Virus record (IMG/VR): IMGVR_UViG_3300044911_003339
Coordinates: 1 to 64,000 of that record
DNA: 64,000 nt
Direction: 5' to 3' (one strand)
From: a virus
Below, piece after piece: positions 6,847 through 16,434 of this stretch. The stretch's first letter is position 1. Each line of letters opens with the position of its first letter. Under the pieces are notes generated by a model. It saw only the letters and a program-made list of their open reading frames with translations, ran no database searches and was not told the DNA's origin. The translations under genes and the position numbers were made by a program.

Positions 6847-9842
6847 GCAGGACCCGCAAGCCCCGCGCGCTCTTCGCAGCGCCGGCACCGATCGAAGCAG
6901 CCGCGCCGTTCCGCTTCGTCGCGTTCGGCGATCTCCACGTCAGCGCGAAGACGCTCGACCGAGCGATCGATCTCCTCACGCGTGTCGGCGAGGTCGCCGA
7001 CGAGCACGGCGCGGAGATCGTGTGTCTCGGCGACTTCTGGGATCTCCGCAACGTGCTCCACGTGCGGCACGTCGATGCCGTGCTGAGCGTGATCGAGTCG
7101 TGGAAGGCTACCGCGTGGTTCATCCCCGGTAATCACGATCAGGTCACCATCGACGGCAGCGTGCACGGTGTGCGCATCTTCGGTCCGCTCCCGCGCGTGA
7201 AGGTCGCGACCGACCTCATGCTCGACGAAGCGCGCAAGCTCGCGTTCGTGCCGTGGCGCGAGGCCGAGGGCGAGCAGGAGGCCATCTTCCAGCGCGTGCC
7301 CGACGGCTACACCGTCTTCGCTCACGCGGAGCTTCAGGGCGCGACCGCGAACAACGGCAAGCCCGCAGCGGGCAAGCTCGCGCTGCACAGCGCGGAGCGA
7401 TTCCGCGCGCTCTACATGGGCCACTACCACGCGCGACAGAAGCTCGGCACGCGCTCGTGGTACATCGGGTCGCCGTTCGAGATGGATTTCGGCGAGCGAG
7501 GAGAGCCGCACGGGCTCGCGCTCCTGACGAGCGACACCATCGACCCGGCCTTCCTCGACCTCGACCACTACCCCAAGCACTACGTGATCGAGCCTCCCTT
7601 CGACGGCAGGAATCCACTGCCGCCGATTCGTGAGAGCGACATCGTGGAGTTTCGAGGGCCGCGCGAGATGCTCTCGGGAGGGCTCGTCCAGGGCATCATC
7701 GAGAGGCTGCCCACGAAGGACGTGCGCACGGTGCCGGTCGCCGCGCCCGACAAGGCAGGCCCTCCGCAGTTCGCGCTCACGCTCGCCGACGCGCTGGAGA
7801 AGTACGTCGAGCAGGAATCCGAAGCCGCACAGGACCACGGCGCGGACCTCGCGCTCGTGTCGAAGGAGGATCTCCTTCGTGCGGGCCGTGACCTGCTCGC
7901 CCAGGTCCCCGACGCGCGTCTCATCGCACCGGCCGGCGCTCGCGTGCGGGTGCTCGGCGCGTTCGTGATGGACTTCATGCGCGTCCGCGGCGCGGTGAAT
8001 CTCGGGCTGGAGAACCGAGGCACGACGCTGCTGCGCGGTCGCATGGGAGCGGGCAAGACCTCGCTCGTGGATGCGATCACGTGGTGCATCTACGGCGTGA
8101 CGACTCCGCGCAAGGCAGGCGCGGCAGGCGCGTCTCTGCGCGCCGATGACGTGATCAACGACGAGGCCGAGCAGTGCTGCGTCTCGGTCGCTCTGGAGAT
8201 CGACGGCAAGGCCGCGAAGATTTCGCGCACCAAGCGTCGCGGCAAGACCGCGGTGATCGAGATCGACTACGACGGCGTTCCGCCCGCGGGCATCTCCGAT
8301 CAACAGGCGATCGTTCAGCATCTCGTGGGGCTGCCCTACGATCTCTGGCGCTCGTGCGTCTACCTCGGGCAAGGGGCCGTCGCGAACTTCATCACGGACG
8401 CGGACAAGCGCAGGAAGGAGATGCTCTCGACCGCGTTCTCGCTCGGCGCGTGCGTCGATGCGCAGAAGCTCGTTCGCTCACAACTGAAGACCGTCGTCTT
8501 CCAGTGCGAGCGCCTGCGTCTGGAGATTTCGAGCAACACGCGCGCGCTCTCCGAGGTGCAGGCGTTCGACTACGCGAAGCAGATCGCGGATTTCGAGGCA
8601 CGCCGCGAGGCTGCGAAGCAGGCTGCTCGCGACGAGGGCGACGCGGCGAAGCAGGCCATCGCGCAGTGCGAGGAATCGCTCGGCGCAGAGGCGCAGTGGG
8701 TCGAGGCCCGCGCGCAGTACGACGAGCAACTCGCCAAGCTCATGAAGAGCTACGGCGAGGCGTTCGCAGGTCCGAGCGCTGCGTCGCGAGAGCGGCTCGG
8801 AGGGCTCCGCACTGAACTCGGAATCAACCAGCGCGACCGCGCTCGCGTCGAGACGCAGATCGCACACCTGAAGTCCGAGCGCGCATCCGGCCTCGGCGCG
8901 TGCCCCGCGTGCAAGCGTCCGCTCGACGCCTCGGGGCTGGAGACGCAGATCATCGAGGCGGAGGTGAAGCTGCGGCAGTACGACGTGTCGATCCAGGAGA
9001 TCGAGGCGCGCCTCTCGCAGCTTCTCACCGAGCAAGTCGAGGCCGAGGAAGGCGTCGCCGCTCGCCGCGCTGCGATCGAGGAGGACATCGCGAAGGTGCG
9101 CAAGCACATCGACTCGTGCGCTTCAGCGCAGGTCACCTTCGCGCGTCTTCGCGACAACCGAGCCGCGGCCGAGCATCGCCTGAAGAGCGCCCGCGCGCTC
9201 TGGCAGCACCACGAGAGCGAACTGAATCCGTGGAAGGCGAAGCAGGCCGAGCAGGAGGCTCGCGTGTCCGCGCTCCGCGCTGCGATCGAGCGCGACGACG
9301 CGGAGCTTCGCAGCCTCATGCTCACGCGCTCGACGCTGGAGTTCTGGGAGACGGGATTCGGTCAGAACGGGATTCCCGTGCTCGTGCTTCGGCTCGCGCT
9401 CTTCGACCTGGAGGAGCACGCGAATCGCTTCATCGCTGCGCTCACTGAGGGCTCCATCACGTCGCAGCTTTCGATCGAGGGCGACGACCTCATGGTGCGA
9501 TTCTTCAAGCACGAGAACGGGCAGACGCGCGAGCGCACCTACCTGCAACTCTCGGGTGGCGAGAAGCGCTGCGTCGAGATGGCGTTCTCGCCCTTCGCGC
9601 TCTCGGAGATGATCTTCTCGCGCTGCGGCGTGCGCGTGGGGCTGCTCGTGATCGACGAACTGACGACGCACCTCGGGGCCGAGGAGAAGCCCATCGTGTG
9701 CCGGCTCCTGCGCTCGCTCGACCGCGAGACGGTGCTCGTGATCGACCACGACGAGAGCGTGCGCGGCGCGTTCGATCGCTCCATCCTGTGCAGTCGTGAT
9801 TCCGGTGTGCTCGTGCTGACCGAGGGAGGAGTCGAGGGATGA
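6843..9842 (+). CDS. Fused SbcD(Mre11)-SbcC(Rad50) nuclease-ATPase
   Basis: Phosphoesterase motifs GDLH, GDFWD, GNHD, GHYH, then Walker A GRMGAGKTS, coiled coil with CPAC zinc hook, LSGGE, LLVIDE, IDHD, all in one frame. Confidence 0.93.
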   Translation: MSRTRKPRALFAAPAPIEAAAPFRFVAFGDLHVSAKTLDRAIDLLTRVGEVADEHGAEIVCLGDFWDLRNVLHVRHVDAVLSVIESWKATAWFIPGNHDQVTIDGSVHGVRIFGPLPRVKVATDLMLDEARKLAFVPWREAEGEQEAIFQRVPDGYTVFAHAELQGATANNGKPAAGKLALHSAERFRALYMGHYHARQKLGTRSWYIGSPFEMDFGERGEPHGLALLTSDTIDPAFLDLDHYPKHYVIEPPFDGRNPLPPIRESDIVEFRGPREMLSGGLVQGIIERLPTKDVRTVPVAAPDKAGPPQFALTLADALEKYVEQESEAAQDHGADLALVSKEDLLRAGRDLLAQVPDARLIAPAGARVRVLGAFVMDFMRVRGAVNLGLENRGTTLLRGRMGAGKTSLVDAITWCIYGVTTPRKAGAAGASLRADDVINDEAEQCCVSVALEIDGKAAKISRTKRRGKTAVIEIDYDGVPPAGISDQQAIVQHLVGLPYDLWRSCVYLGQGAVANFITDADKRRKEMLSTAFSLGACVDAQKLVRSQLKTVVFQCERLRLEISSNTRALSEVQAFDYAKQIADFEARREAAKQAARDEGDAAKQAIAQCEESLGAEAQWVEARAQYDEQLAKLMKSYGEAFAGPSAASRERLGGLRTELGINQRDRARVETQIAHLKSERASGLGACPACKRPLDASGLETQIIEAEVKLRQYDVSIQEIEARLSQLLTEQVEAEEGVAARRAAIEEDIAKVRKHIDSCASAQVTFARLRDNRAAAEHRLKSARALWQHHESELNPWKAKQAEQEARVSALRAAIERDDAELRSLMLTRSTLEFWETGFGQNGIPVLVLRLALFDLEEHANRFIAALTEGSITSQLSIEGDDLMVRFFKHENGQTRERTYLQLSGGEKRCVEMAFSPFALSEMIFSRCGVRVGLLVIDELTTHLGAEEKPIVCRLLRSLDRETVLVIDHDESVRGAFDRSILCSRDSGVLVLTEGGVEG

Positions 9843-10351
9843 AGACCGCGAAGTACAAGCCCCGGCTCATGCCGGGCGAGCAGTGGTTCGAGGTCGTGTC
9901 GTGCTTCGATCCCGCGCGCATCGAGCACTTCCCCTACGGGCCCAACGGCGAGCGCGCGTTCGTGCTCGGCGCTCTCGACAAGCTGCTCGTGGTCGAGGTG
10001 CCACGCACGATGGACGGCGAGTCGATCGGAGCGCTCGGGCGGCACCTGTCGGAATCGGGTAAGGAAGCACTCATCGTGAGCGAAGGCATCCGGTTCCTCC
10101 GGCTGCGCGCGCTCTCTGTGAGCGAGGAACGAGACATCGAGCGGCAGATCAAGGAGGCCGAAGATGCGCAGCGTGCGAGAGAGGGAGAGCGGCTGGACGC
10201 CCCCGAAGTTGCTGGGGGCGGATCCGGGGTTGGCGAACTTCGGCATGGCGGTTCTGGAGGTGACTCCGGGCCGCGCGCCGATGCTGCTGCACCTCTCGAC
10301 GACGCGAACGTCGGGCGAGCCGAAGAAGAAGCGGACGATCCATCTCGCTGA
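9839..10351 (+). CDS. hypothetical protein (3' end overlaps ruvC)
   Basis: ATGA coupling and SD; typical codon usage. Confidence 0.65.
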   Translation: MKTAKYKPRLMPGEQWFEVVSCFDPARIEHFPYGPNGERAFVLGALDKLLVVEVPRTMDGESIGALGRHLSESGKEALIVSEGIRFLRLRALSVSEERDIERQIKEAEDAQRAREGERLDAPEVAGGGSGVGELRHGGSGGDSGPRADAAAPLDDANVGRAEEEADDPSR

Positions 10352-10772
10352 CGAGAACTTCATCCGCACGCGTGCCATCGGGCGCGCGCTCGACCACGTG
10401 CTCGTCCAGTACAACCCGGCCGCCATCGCCGCGGAATCTTTCGCGTGGGTCCGAGACGCCTCGTCTGCGGCGAAGACCGCGATGACGTGGGGCGTGCTCG
10501 CGCTCGCGTGCGAGCGTGCATCGCTGCCCCTCGCGTCGCTCGGTTCTCAGGACGTGAAGAAGGCCCTGTGCGGGAAGCGAGACGCGTCGAAGGAATCTGT
10601 CGAGCAGGCCGCGCGCAAGCGTCTCGCTCGTGGGAGCGAGCACGTGATCGCGGCGTTCGAGCAGACGACTTCCGCGACGCATCGAGAGCATGCATGGGAT
10701 GCCCTCGCGACTGCTCTCGTGGCACTCGAACAGAGCGAGGTGATCCGTGCTGTCGTCCGCGCTGCCCCCTGA
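10164..10772 (+). CDS. ruvC: RuvC Holliday junction resolvase
   Basis: LLGADPGLANFGMAV, AESF, VKKALCGKRDASKESV, HAWDALATA. Confidence 0.9.
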   Translation: MRSVRERESGWTPPKLLGADPGLANFGMAVLEVTPGRAPMLLHLSTTRTSGEPKKKRTIHLADENFIRTRAIGRALDHVLVQYNPAAIAAESFAWVRDASSAAKTAMTWGVLALACERASLPLASLGSQDVKKALCGKRDASKESVEQAARKRLARGSEHVIAAFEQTTSATHREHAWDALATALVALEQSEVIRAVVRAAP

Positions 10773-11199
10773 CACCAAGAAGCGGTTCACCGAAGCCGTC
10801 GCGTGGATCAAGAAGAGCGTTGCGCAGCGCATGCGCACGCGCCCCGATCGCGTGCGCGTGAAGCTCTTCTACGAAGAGGCCAAGATCACGCTCCGCGTCA
10901 GCATCCCGGCCACGCTCGAAGTGAGCGTGTCTCACGCGGAGGTCTACAAGCACGCGACTGCGATCTGGAACGACTGGCTCAGGACGAATCCCGATCTCGA
11001 ATACCTCACGACCGAAATGGTGGAGCCGGGGAAGGACACGCGCGCTCTCAACAGCGCCGACTTCGCGCAACGCATGCGCGCTCTCAGGGAGAAGAATCGT
11101 GGCAGTGAAGAAGCTGAAGAAGCCCGCACCGAAGAAGCCGCTGGTGATTCCAACTGCGTCTGGATCTGGAACGACTACCACGGTGGTGCGCAGTTCTGA
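10747..11199 (+). CDS. hypothetical protein
   Basis: GAGG SD before GTG; typical codon usage. Confidence 0.6.
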   Translation: MLSSALPPDTKKRFTEAVAWIKKSVAQRMRTRPDRVRVKLFYEEAKITLRVSIPATLEVSVSHAEVYKHATAIWNDWLRTNPDLEYLTTEMVEPGKDTRALNSADFAQRMRALREKNRGSEEAEEARTEEAAGDSNCVWIWNDYHGGAQF

Positions 11200-11866
11200 G
11201 ATCGCGAAGAAGGCGATTGCTCTTCCCGAGCACATGCCTCTTCGCGAAGAGGCGCGTCTTCGCTTCATCATGGACGCCGATGCGAACCCCGTGATCTGGC
11301 ACTGGGAGCGCTACGGCAAGCACCACGGAATCCCTTACAAGACGTGGGACAAGTGGGCCGAGCGTGACGGCTGGCTCGACGCTCGCGGGCAGTTCTGGGA
11401 AGAGGCCCGCGCGAGGCTTCACGCCGAAGCGCAGAAGAGGCTCGCCGCGCACAACGCGCGATTCCTGGAGAAGATGTTCTCCATCGCCGACCCTCTGCTC
11501 GAACGCCTCATGCCGGTCACCGACGAGGACGGCAACGTGGTGCTGGACGAGAACCGCAAGCCCAAGTTCGCGATTCCCTTCCGCTCGTACGAGGGCGCGA
11601 TGTCGGCGCTCGGAGGCTTCCTCGATCGCATCGCGACTCGCACGGGTGACGTGTCGAGACGCGTCGCGACCGTGAACGAGTCGAGCGAGGAGAAGCAGCG
11701 GAGCACGCTGCTCGACCCCGTGACGCAGCGCCGCGCTCTCAGCCCGGCCGACTACCGAGCGCTCGCAGTGACGATGATGCGCCTGCGAGAGCAGAATCCC
11801 GGCGACGACGAGGACGTGCTCGACGCACTGCCCGAAGAAGAACCCGAACAGAAGGAACGCACATGA
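11099..11866 (+). CDS. HTH protein, possible terminase small subunit
   Basis: HGIPYKTWDKWAERDGWLDAR HTH-like segment followed by helical oligomerisation-like region and acidic tail. Confidence 0.45.
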   Translation: MAVKKLKKPAPKKPLVIPTASGSGTTTTVVRSSEIAKKAIALPEHMPLREEARLRFIMDADANPVIWHWERYGKHHGIPYKTWDKWAERDGWLDARGQFWEEARARLHAEAQKRLAAHNARFLEKMFSIADPLLERLMPVTDEDGNVVLDENRKPKFAIPFRSYEGAMSALGGFLDRIATRTGDVSRRVATVNESSEEKQRSTLLDPVTQRRALSPADYRALAVTMMRLREQNPGDDEDVLDALPEEEPEQKERT

Positions 11867-12069
11867 GCAGCAAGTTGCCGATCGTCGGCACCATCTACAC
11901 GAACGACCGCGCGGGATTCCTGAAGCTCATCGCCGACGCGAACGAGCACAGCGACTCCCACGTGATCGTGAACGCCTTCCCGCTCGGGGGAGACAAGATC
12001 GCCGCCATCTTCAGGCGGCGCGAACGAGAAGAGGCCAAGGGCTCCTTCTTCGACCCGCTGGACGGATGA
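11863..12069 (+). CDS. hypothetical protein
   Basis: ATGA overlap. Confidence 0.6.
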   Translation: MSSKLPIVGTIYTNDRAGFLKLIADANEHSDSHVIVNAFPLGGDKIAAIFRRREREEAKGSFFDPLDG

Positions 12070-12072
12070 ACC

Positions 12073-12696
12073 ATGCGCAAGATTCTCACTCTGCTGCTCG
12101 TGCTCCTGCCCGCGACCGCCATCGCGCAGGACAGCCCTTCGATCGAGCGCGTCGAGCACACGCTGCTCGATCTCATCTCGATCGGCCGCCCTGGGCACGA
12201 GCGACCGAACCCCGCGTGTGCTCGTGCTCGCGGAGGATGCGATGCCCGGCTCCACGCGTTCGCCACCTACTTCGTCGAGGCCGGCGCGCGACACGGTGTC
12301 GATCCTCTGCTGCTGGGCGCGATGGCGTTCCGCGAGTCGAGCCTGAATCCGTTCGCGACGGGCGCGACTCGCGCGGAGGGCGGCATCATGCAGATCAACC
12401 CGTGTCGCTCGGACATCCCTCCCGAGGTCCGCATCTTCGTGGGCCCGTGCCCGACGAGCACGCAGGATCGCGAGAGGCGCGACGCTCGCGCTCGTGCGTT
12501 CCGTGAGCGATGCGAGCGCGAGATCGGCGCGTGTCAGCAGCCCATCGTCGATTACGCCGCGCAGCATCTCGCGGCGTGCATCTCGCGGTGCGGCTCGATC
12601 GAGTCCGGCCTCACGGCCTACAACGGCGGCGGGTGCGGAGAGAGCGATTACGCTGCTCGCGTTCTCCGCACGCGCTCCGAGATGGAACCCGAGTGA
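12073..12696 (+). CDS. Secreted SLT-type lytic transglycosylase
   Basis: Signal peptide MRKILTLLLVLLPATAIA; GVDPLLLGAMAFRESSLNP, GIMQI, AYNGG motifs; many Cys. Confidence 0.88.
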   Translation: MRKILTLLLVLLPATAIAQDSPSIERVEHTLLDLISIGRPGHERPNPACARARGGCDARLHAFATYFVEAGARHGVDPLLLGAMAFRESSLNPFATGATRAEGGIMQINPCRSDIPPEVRIFVGPCPTSTQDRERRDARARAFRERCEREIGACQQPIVDYAAQHLAACISRCGSIESGLTAYNGGGCGESDYAARVLRTRSEMEPE

Positions 12697-12956
12697 GCTT
12701 CGGTCGCGTACGACGCGTGCTCTCGCGCCTCCGAAGCTCCGGCGTGTCGCCCGAGACCGAGGCGCAACTGCGCGTGATCGAGCAGGCTCTTCTCGACGCG
12801 CCCATCGCGGTACGACGCGCGAGCCCGCCGCGTGTGACCCGCATCATGACGCCCGAGCAGATGGATGAGATTCTCTATTCGCTGCTCGGAGAGGTGATCG
12901 TTTCGCAGCTTGTCTCGATCGTTCGGGATGAGCGAGATAGGAGGAATCGGGTATGA
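12693..12956 (+). CDS. hypothetical protein
   Basis: GTGA and ATGA overlaps at both ends. Confidence 0.55.
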   Translation: MSFGRVRRVLSRLRSSGVSPETEAQLRVIEQALLDAPIAVRRASPPRVTRIMTPEQMDEILYSLLGEVIVSQLVSIVRDERDRRNRV

Positions 12957-13267
12957 GTGACTGGAAGCCCAACATGTTCGTTCGACGTGGATACACCGTT
13001 CGCGACGACCGGCTCGACAAGGCCAAGCGTGTCGAGATCATCGTGCGCGTGGACGGGCAGACGATGGCGCAGGTGCAGGCGCGAGAGCCCGGTCTCGTCG
13101 CGTTCGTCTCGCGCCCCGACGAGCCCGGCTTCGACATCGAGATCGTCGAGGCGAGCGGCGCGCGCTTCACGGACATGAAGCTGCCGCCCGCGAAGGGCAC
13201 GCCGCTCTCGTGGCAGCAGGACGCGCTCTTCGGGCCCGTCGAGCCGAAGGAAGGAGACGAGGGATGA
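12953..13267 (+). CDS. hypothetical protein
   Basis: AGGAGG SD, coupled ORF. Confidence 0.65.
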   Translation: MSDWKPNMFVRRGYTVRDDRLDKAKRVEIIVRVDGQTMAQVQAREPGLVAFVSRPDEPGFDIEIVEASGARFTDMKLPPAKGTPLSWQQDALFGPVEPKEGDEG

Positions 13268-14238
13268 TCGACCTGCGCCACTGCCGGAACGACGATGCCG
13301 TTCGCGGCCTCGCCACGCTGCCGGACAAGTCGGTGGATCACATCATGACGGATCCGCCATACGACGCCGACACGCACGGCAGTGGTGCGATGATGCGCGT
13401 GAGCAGCACCAAGCTCACGCGCGAGTTGAAGGGAATCGACGGAGAGGGGCCGAAGCAGTTCGGCCTCGGCTTCGCGGCTCTCGCGGAGGGACAGATCGAG
13501 TGGTGCGCGAAGCAGTTCGTGCGCCTCTCGCGCGGATGGATTCTTGTCTTCTGTGCGACCGAAGACGTGGGCGAGTGGAAGCGTGCGCTCCTCGCCGCTG
13601 GCGCGCGCTACCGCGGCTCGCACCTCTGGCACAAGACGCGAGCGGCCCCGAAGATCCAGGGCAACGGACCAGCGAAGGGATTCGAGAACTTCGTCCTGTG
13701 CTGGGCTGGCGAAGGCGATTCGAAGTGGAACGGCGGAGGGCGTGTCGGCAACTACAGCTACCCGCCCGACAACTGGCAGGTCGAGGGACAGAAGCCTCAC
13801 GCGCTCATGCGCCAGTTGGTGCTCGACTTCACGCTGCCCGACACGATCATCCTCGACCCGTTCATGGGCCGCGGCACGACCGGCTGCGCAGCGAAGGCGC
13901 TCGGTCGCTCGTTCATCGGCTACGAGGTCGGCGATCGTCAGTTCGGAATCGCCGAGAAGAACATCGCCGACACGAGCGAGATGCGGCAGACGACGATGTT
14001 CGCGGTGCATCGCGAGGTGAAGGCTCGCGCGTACGGCATCGAAGCGACGAAGGTGCTGAAGGCCGAGCAGTACGGCGTGATCGATTACATCGATCGCAAG
14101 CTCGACGAAGAGAGCGGCGCGAACCCTCACGTCGAGACGCTCACGCAACACGAAGAGGCGCACCTGATCCCCGTGACGGTGGATTACGATGCGGTGTGGT
14201 TGGAAGGCTCCGAAGAGGAAGAAGAGGCGGCGGCATGA
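13264..14238 (+). CDS. DNA N6-adenine/N4-cytosine methyltransferase, beta class
   Basis: Catalytic TDPPY precedes QKP and SAM-binding ILDPFMGRGTTG, FIGYE; no cognate REase adjacent. Confidence 0.93.
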   Translation: MIDLRHCRNDDAVRGLATLPDKSVDHIMTDPPYDADTHGSGAMMRVSSTKLTRELKGIDGEGPKQFGLGFAALAEGQIEWCAKQFVRLSRGWILVFCATEDVGEWKRALLAAGARYRGSHLWHKTRAAPKIQGNGPAKGFENFVLCWAGEGDSKWNGGGRVGNYSYPPDNWQVEGQKPHALMRQLVLDFTLPDTIILDPFMGRGTTGCAAKALGRSFIGYEVGDRQFGIAEKNIADTSEMRQTTMFAVHREVKARAYGIEATKVLKAEQYGVIDYIDRKLDEESGANPHVETLTQHEEAHLIPVTVDYDAVWLEGSEEEEEAAA

Positions 14239-14417
14239 GCATCGAGGAACGAGAGGACCCCAACGCGGTTTCGGGCTGGACGCTGATCTTCGTGCTGCTC
14301 GCGATCGCAGCGCTCTCGTCGTTGATCAGTCGGCACGCGGCCCCAGACTGCCGGCCGTCGCCCGCGTGCGTCTGCCGTGACCGCGAGGCGCGATGCTGGG
14401 ATGATCCGAGGCCATGA
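14235..14417 (+). CDS. small membrane protein with Cys-rich tail
   Basis: One hydrophobic helix WTLIFVLLAIAALSSLI. Confidence 0.55.
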   Translation: MSIEEREDPNAVSGWTLIFVLLAIAALSSLISRHAAPDCRPSPACVCRDREARCWDDPRP

Positions 14418-14845
14418 GCTACCTCGCGACGAAGCAGACACCTCCCGACCTCGCAGCCGCGGGCTTCCCGTGGCGCATCACGACCGCCGAGTCGTGGACC
14501 GACGCAGAGTTCCGCGCGCCCATCATCGCGTTCCTGCGAGAGTTCCAGCGCACGCCCGGCCGCAACTGGGTCGCGCGCATCGAGGACGTGACCGAGCACA
14601 TCCTCTCGGGCGCGAACATGAACAAGCCGCTGCCGCGCACCCCGCGCTGGCCCGCCGACGTGCCCGACCCCGTGCGTGTCGGGCTCGCGTCTCTCGTGTT
14701 CCGCGTTCGTAATCGACTCACGGGCAGCGTGTACGAGTACGGCATCCCGTTCGTGGATCGCCTCGAATCGGACCCCGCGCAGACGCGCGACTGGTTGCAG
14801 ACGATGGGCGACACGTTCGACGCACGCGCCCGCGCGAGCGAGTGA
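14414..14845 (+). CDS. hypothetical protein
   Basis: Coupled ORF. Confidence 0.65.
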   Translation: MSYLATKQTPPDLAAAGFPWRITTAESWTDAEFRAPIIAFLREFQRTPGRNWVARIEDVTEHILSGANMNKPLPRTPRWPADVPDPVRVGLASLVFRVRNRLTGSVYEYGIPFVDRLESDPAQTRDWLQTMGDTFDARARASE

Positions 14846-15444
14846 TGGGAATCAGGTTGCGGCCCAAGGCCGAAGTGCTCGCGATGAGGCGCGCACTGAA
14901 GGAGACCACGATGCAGATCGAGAACCGGAATCTTCCTCTCCACGACTGGGCCAAGAAGGTCGCGGAGGTCTCTGCGAGCAAGGGCTTCGTGCTCGCGACG
15001 TGGGAGACGCTCCCCATGAAGCTCATGCTCATGGTGACCGAGGTGCAGGAGGCGATCGACGCCGCGCCCGGTCGCCGCGAGGACTTCGCGATGGAGCTTG
15101 CGGACATCGCGATTCGCATGCTCGAATCTCTCGACTCGATCTGGCGAGGCCAGTGGAGCGCGGGGCGCGTGACGCGAAGGCAGCGCATCGACGACACCTC
15201 CGGCCTCGTGTGGCGCTCGCCGCCTGAGACGTTCGCTCCCGTGCTCCGCATGCTCGTGCTCGCGTGCGAGGCGTGGCGAAAGGACAACCGGCCGGACGCG
15301 ATGAACGCGCTGGAGATCGCGCTCGTGTACGTGTTCCGCGTGGCGGACTCGACGAACATCAACCTCATGGAAGCCATCGCGGAGAAGACCGCGCGCAACG
15401 AGTTGCGCCCGCACCTCCACGGGAAGGCGAAGGCCAACGCATGA
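14842..15444 (+). CDS. MazG-like NTP pyrophosphohydrolase (apparent tandem repeat)
   Basis: KLMLMVTEVQEAIDA...ELADIAIR (ExxE...ExxD) and C-terminal INLMEAIAEKTARNELRPHLHGK. Confidence 0.8.
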   Translation: MMGIRLRPKAEVLAMRRALKETTMQIENRNLPLHDWAKKVAEVSASKGFVLATWETLPMKLMLMVTEVQEAIDAAPGRREDFAMELADIAIRMLESLDSIWRGQWSAGRVTRRQRIDDTSGLVWRSPPETFAPVLRMLVLACEAWRKDNRPDAMNALEIALVYVFRVADSTNINLMEAIAEKTARNELRPHLHGKAKANA

Positions 15445-15980
15445 CGACGATTCCGAAGTTCGGCGATCCGCAGCTACTCCCCAAGCCCGATCTCGTGCGC
15501 CCCTCGCGCGAGCGCAGCCCTTGGGACAGCGGCGGCAATCTGAAGTCGGGTGGAGCCGGGCCGTACCCGGAGGGCTTCCTCGACGCACCCGATCTCCAGC
15601 CTCTCGGAGACCCGCACAACCCGCACTCACGCTACGTGCGCCGACGAGGCGACGAGTGGAGCACGAGCACCATCCGCGCGCAGGTGCTCTCCTGGGTCGC
15701 CACGTTCGCCCGAGACCGCGCGTGGGTCGCAGGGTGGCAGGTGGTGGAGCGCTGGGCTCCGCAGCGCTCGCAGGAGCTTGGAACGAGGCACCTCGTGGTC
15801 CGCGTGTCGCGCCGCACGCCTCCCTCGCCATGCGCACGCACGACGCGGCAGCCGCAGGTCACGCAGATCGAAAGCTCGGCGATGGTCCCGCGAGGGGCCG
15901 ACACGAGCACGACCGAGCTTGCGAGCATCCTCGCGAGCATCGCCACGGCGCTCGACGCCGAGCATGTGAGGCAGCCGTGA
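15441..15980 (+). CDS. hypothetical protein
   Basis: Coupled ORF starting MTTIPKFG. Confidence 0.55.
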   Translation: MTTIPKFGDPQLLPKPDLVRPSRERSPWDSGGNLKSGGAGPYPEGFLDAPDLQPLGDPHNPHSRYVRRRGDEWSTSTIRAQVLSWVATFARDRAWVAGWQVVERWAPQRSQELGTRHLVVRVSRRTPPSPCARTTRQPQVTQIESSAMVPRGADTSTTELASILASIATALDAEHVRQP

Positions 15981-16108
15981 GCGAAGAGCGAACCGTCGTG
16001 AACCACAACCACGTTGCTGATTACACGGGCTGCGGTTGCTTCGTGTTCCTCAGCGTGTGCGTGATCTGCCTGACCCTCATCGTGCTCGCGGAGGGCGGAC
16101 ACCTGTAA
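15977..16108 (+). CDS. small membrane protein
   Basis: Single TM; TAA stop overlaps motif. Confidence 0.5.
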   Translation: MSEERTVVNHNHVADYTGCGCFVFLSVCVICLTLIVLAEGGHL

Positions 16109-16116
16109 TCGTGTAA
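16107..16116 (+). promoter_or_regulatory. AATCGTGTAA motif copy
   Basis: 9 nt before ATG 16126. Confidence 0.75.
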
Positions 16117-16125
16117 GAGGCTCTC

Positions 16126-16434
16126 ATGCCGATCTTCACGAAGAGCTACACGCACGTCTGGGACGAGAACGCTCCGCGCTGCGGTCTCGCCACGCCCGGA
16201 GGCGAGTGCAACTGGGCCCGCGAGCCCGGCCTGCCATGGTGCAACGCGCACCTCTGCGCGTTCTACTGCAAGCTCTACACGCGCGGGCTCCGCACGGAAT
16301 CGCTCCCTCAGATCCCGCTTCCCGCGGGGCTGACCATGGAGCGATTCCGTGAGGCGTTCGGGCAGTACATCACGCACGTCGAGGAGATGCACCGAAGGCA
16401 GTCCGCGCCCGGCGCGAAGGAATCCAGGAGGTGA
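16126..16434 (+). CDS. hypothetical Cys/His protein
   Basis: C-x7-C...WCNAH possible Zn site. Confidence 0.6.
   Translation: MPIFTKSYTHVWDENAPRCGLATPGGECNWAREPGLPWCNAHLCAFYCKLYTRGLRTESLPQIPLPAGLTMERFREAFGQYITHVEEMHRRQSAPGAKESRR

Noticed and set aside
12945-12954. AATCGGGTAT as another promoter motif copy
   Set aside because: Last base deviates and it lies between an SD and the ATG it overlaps, so spacing does not fit.
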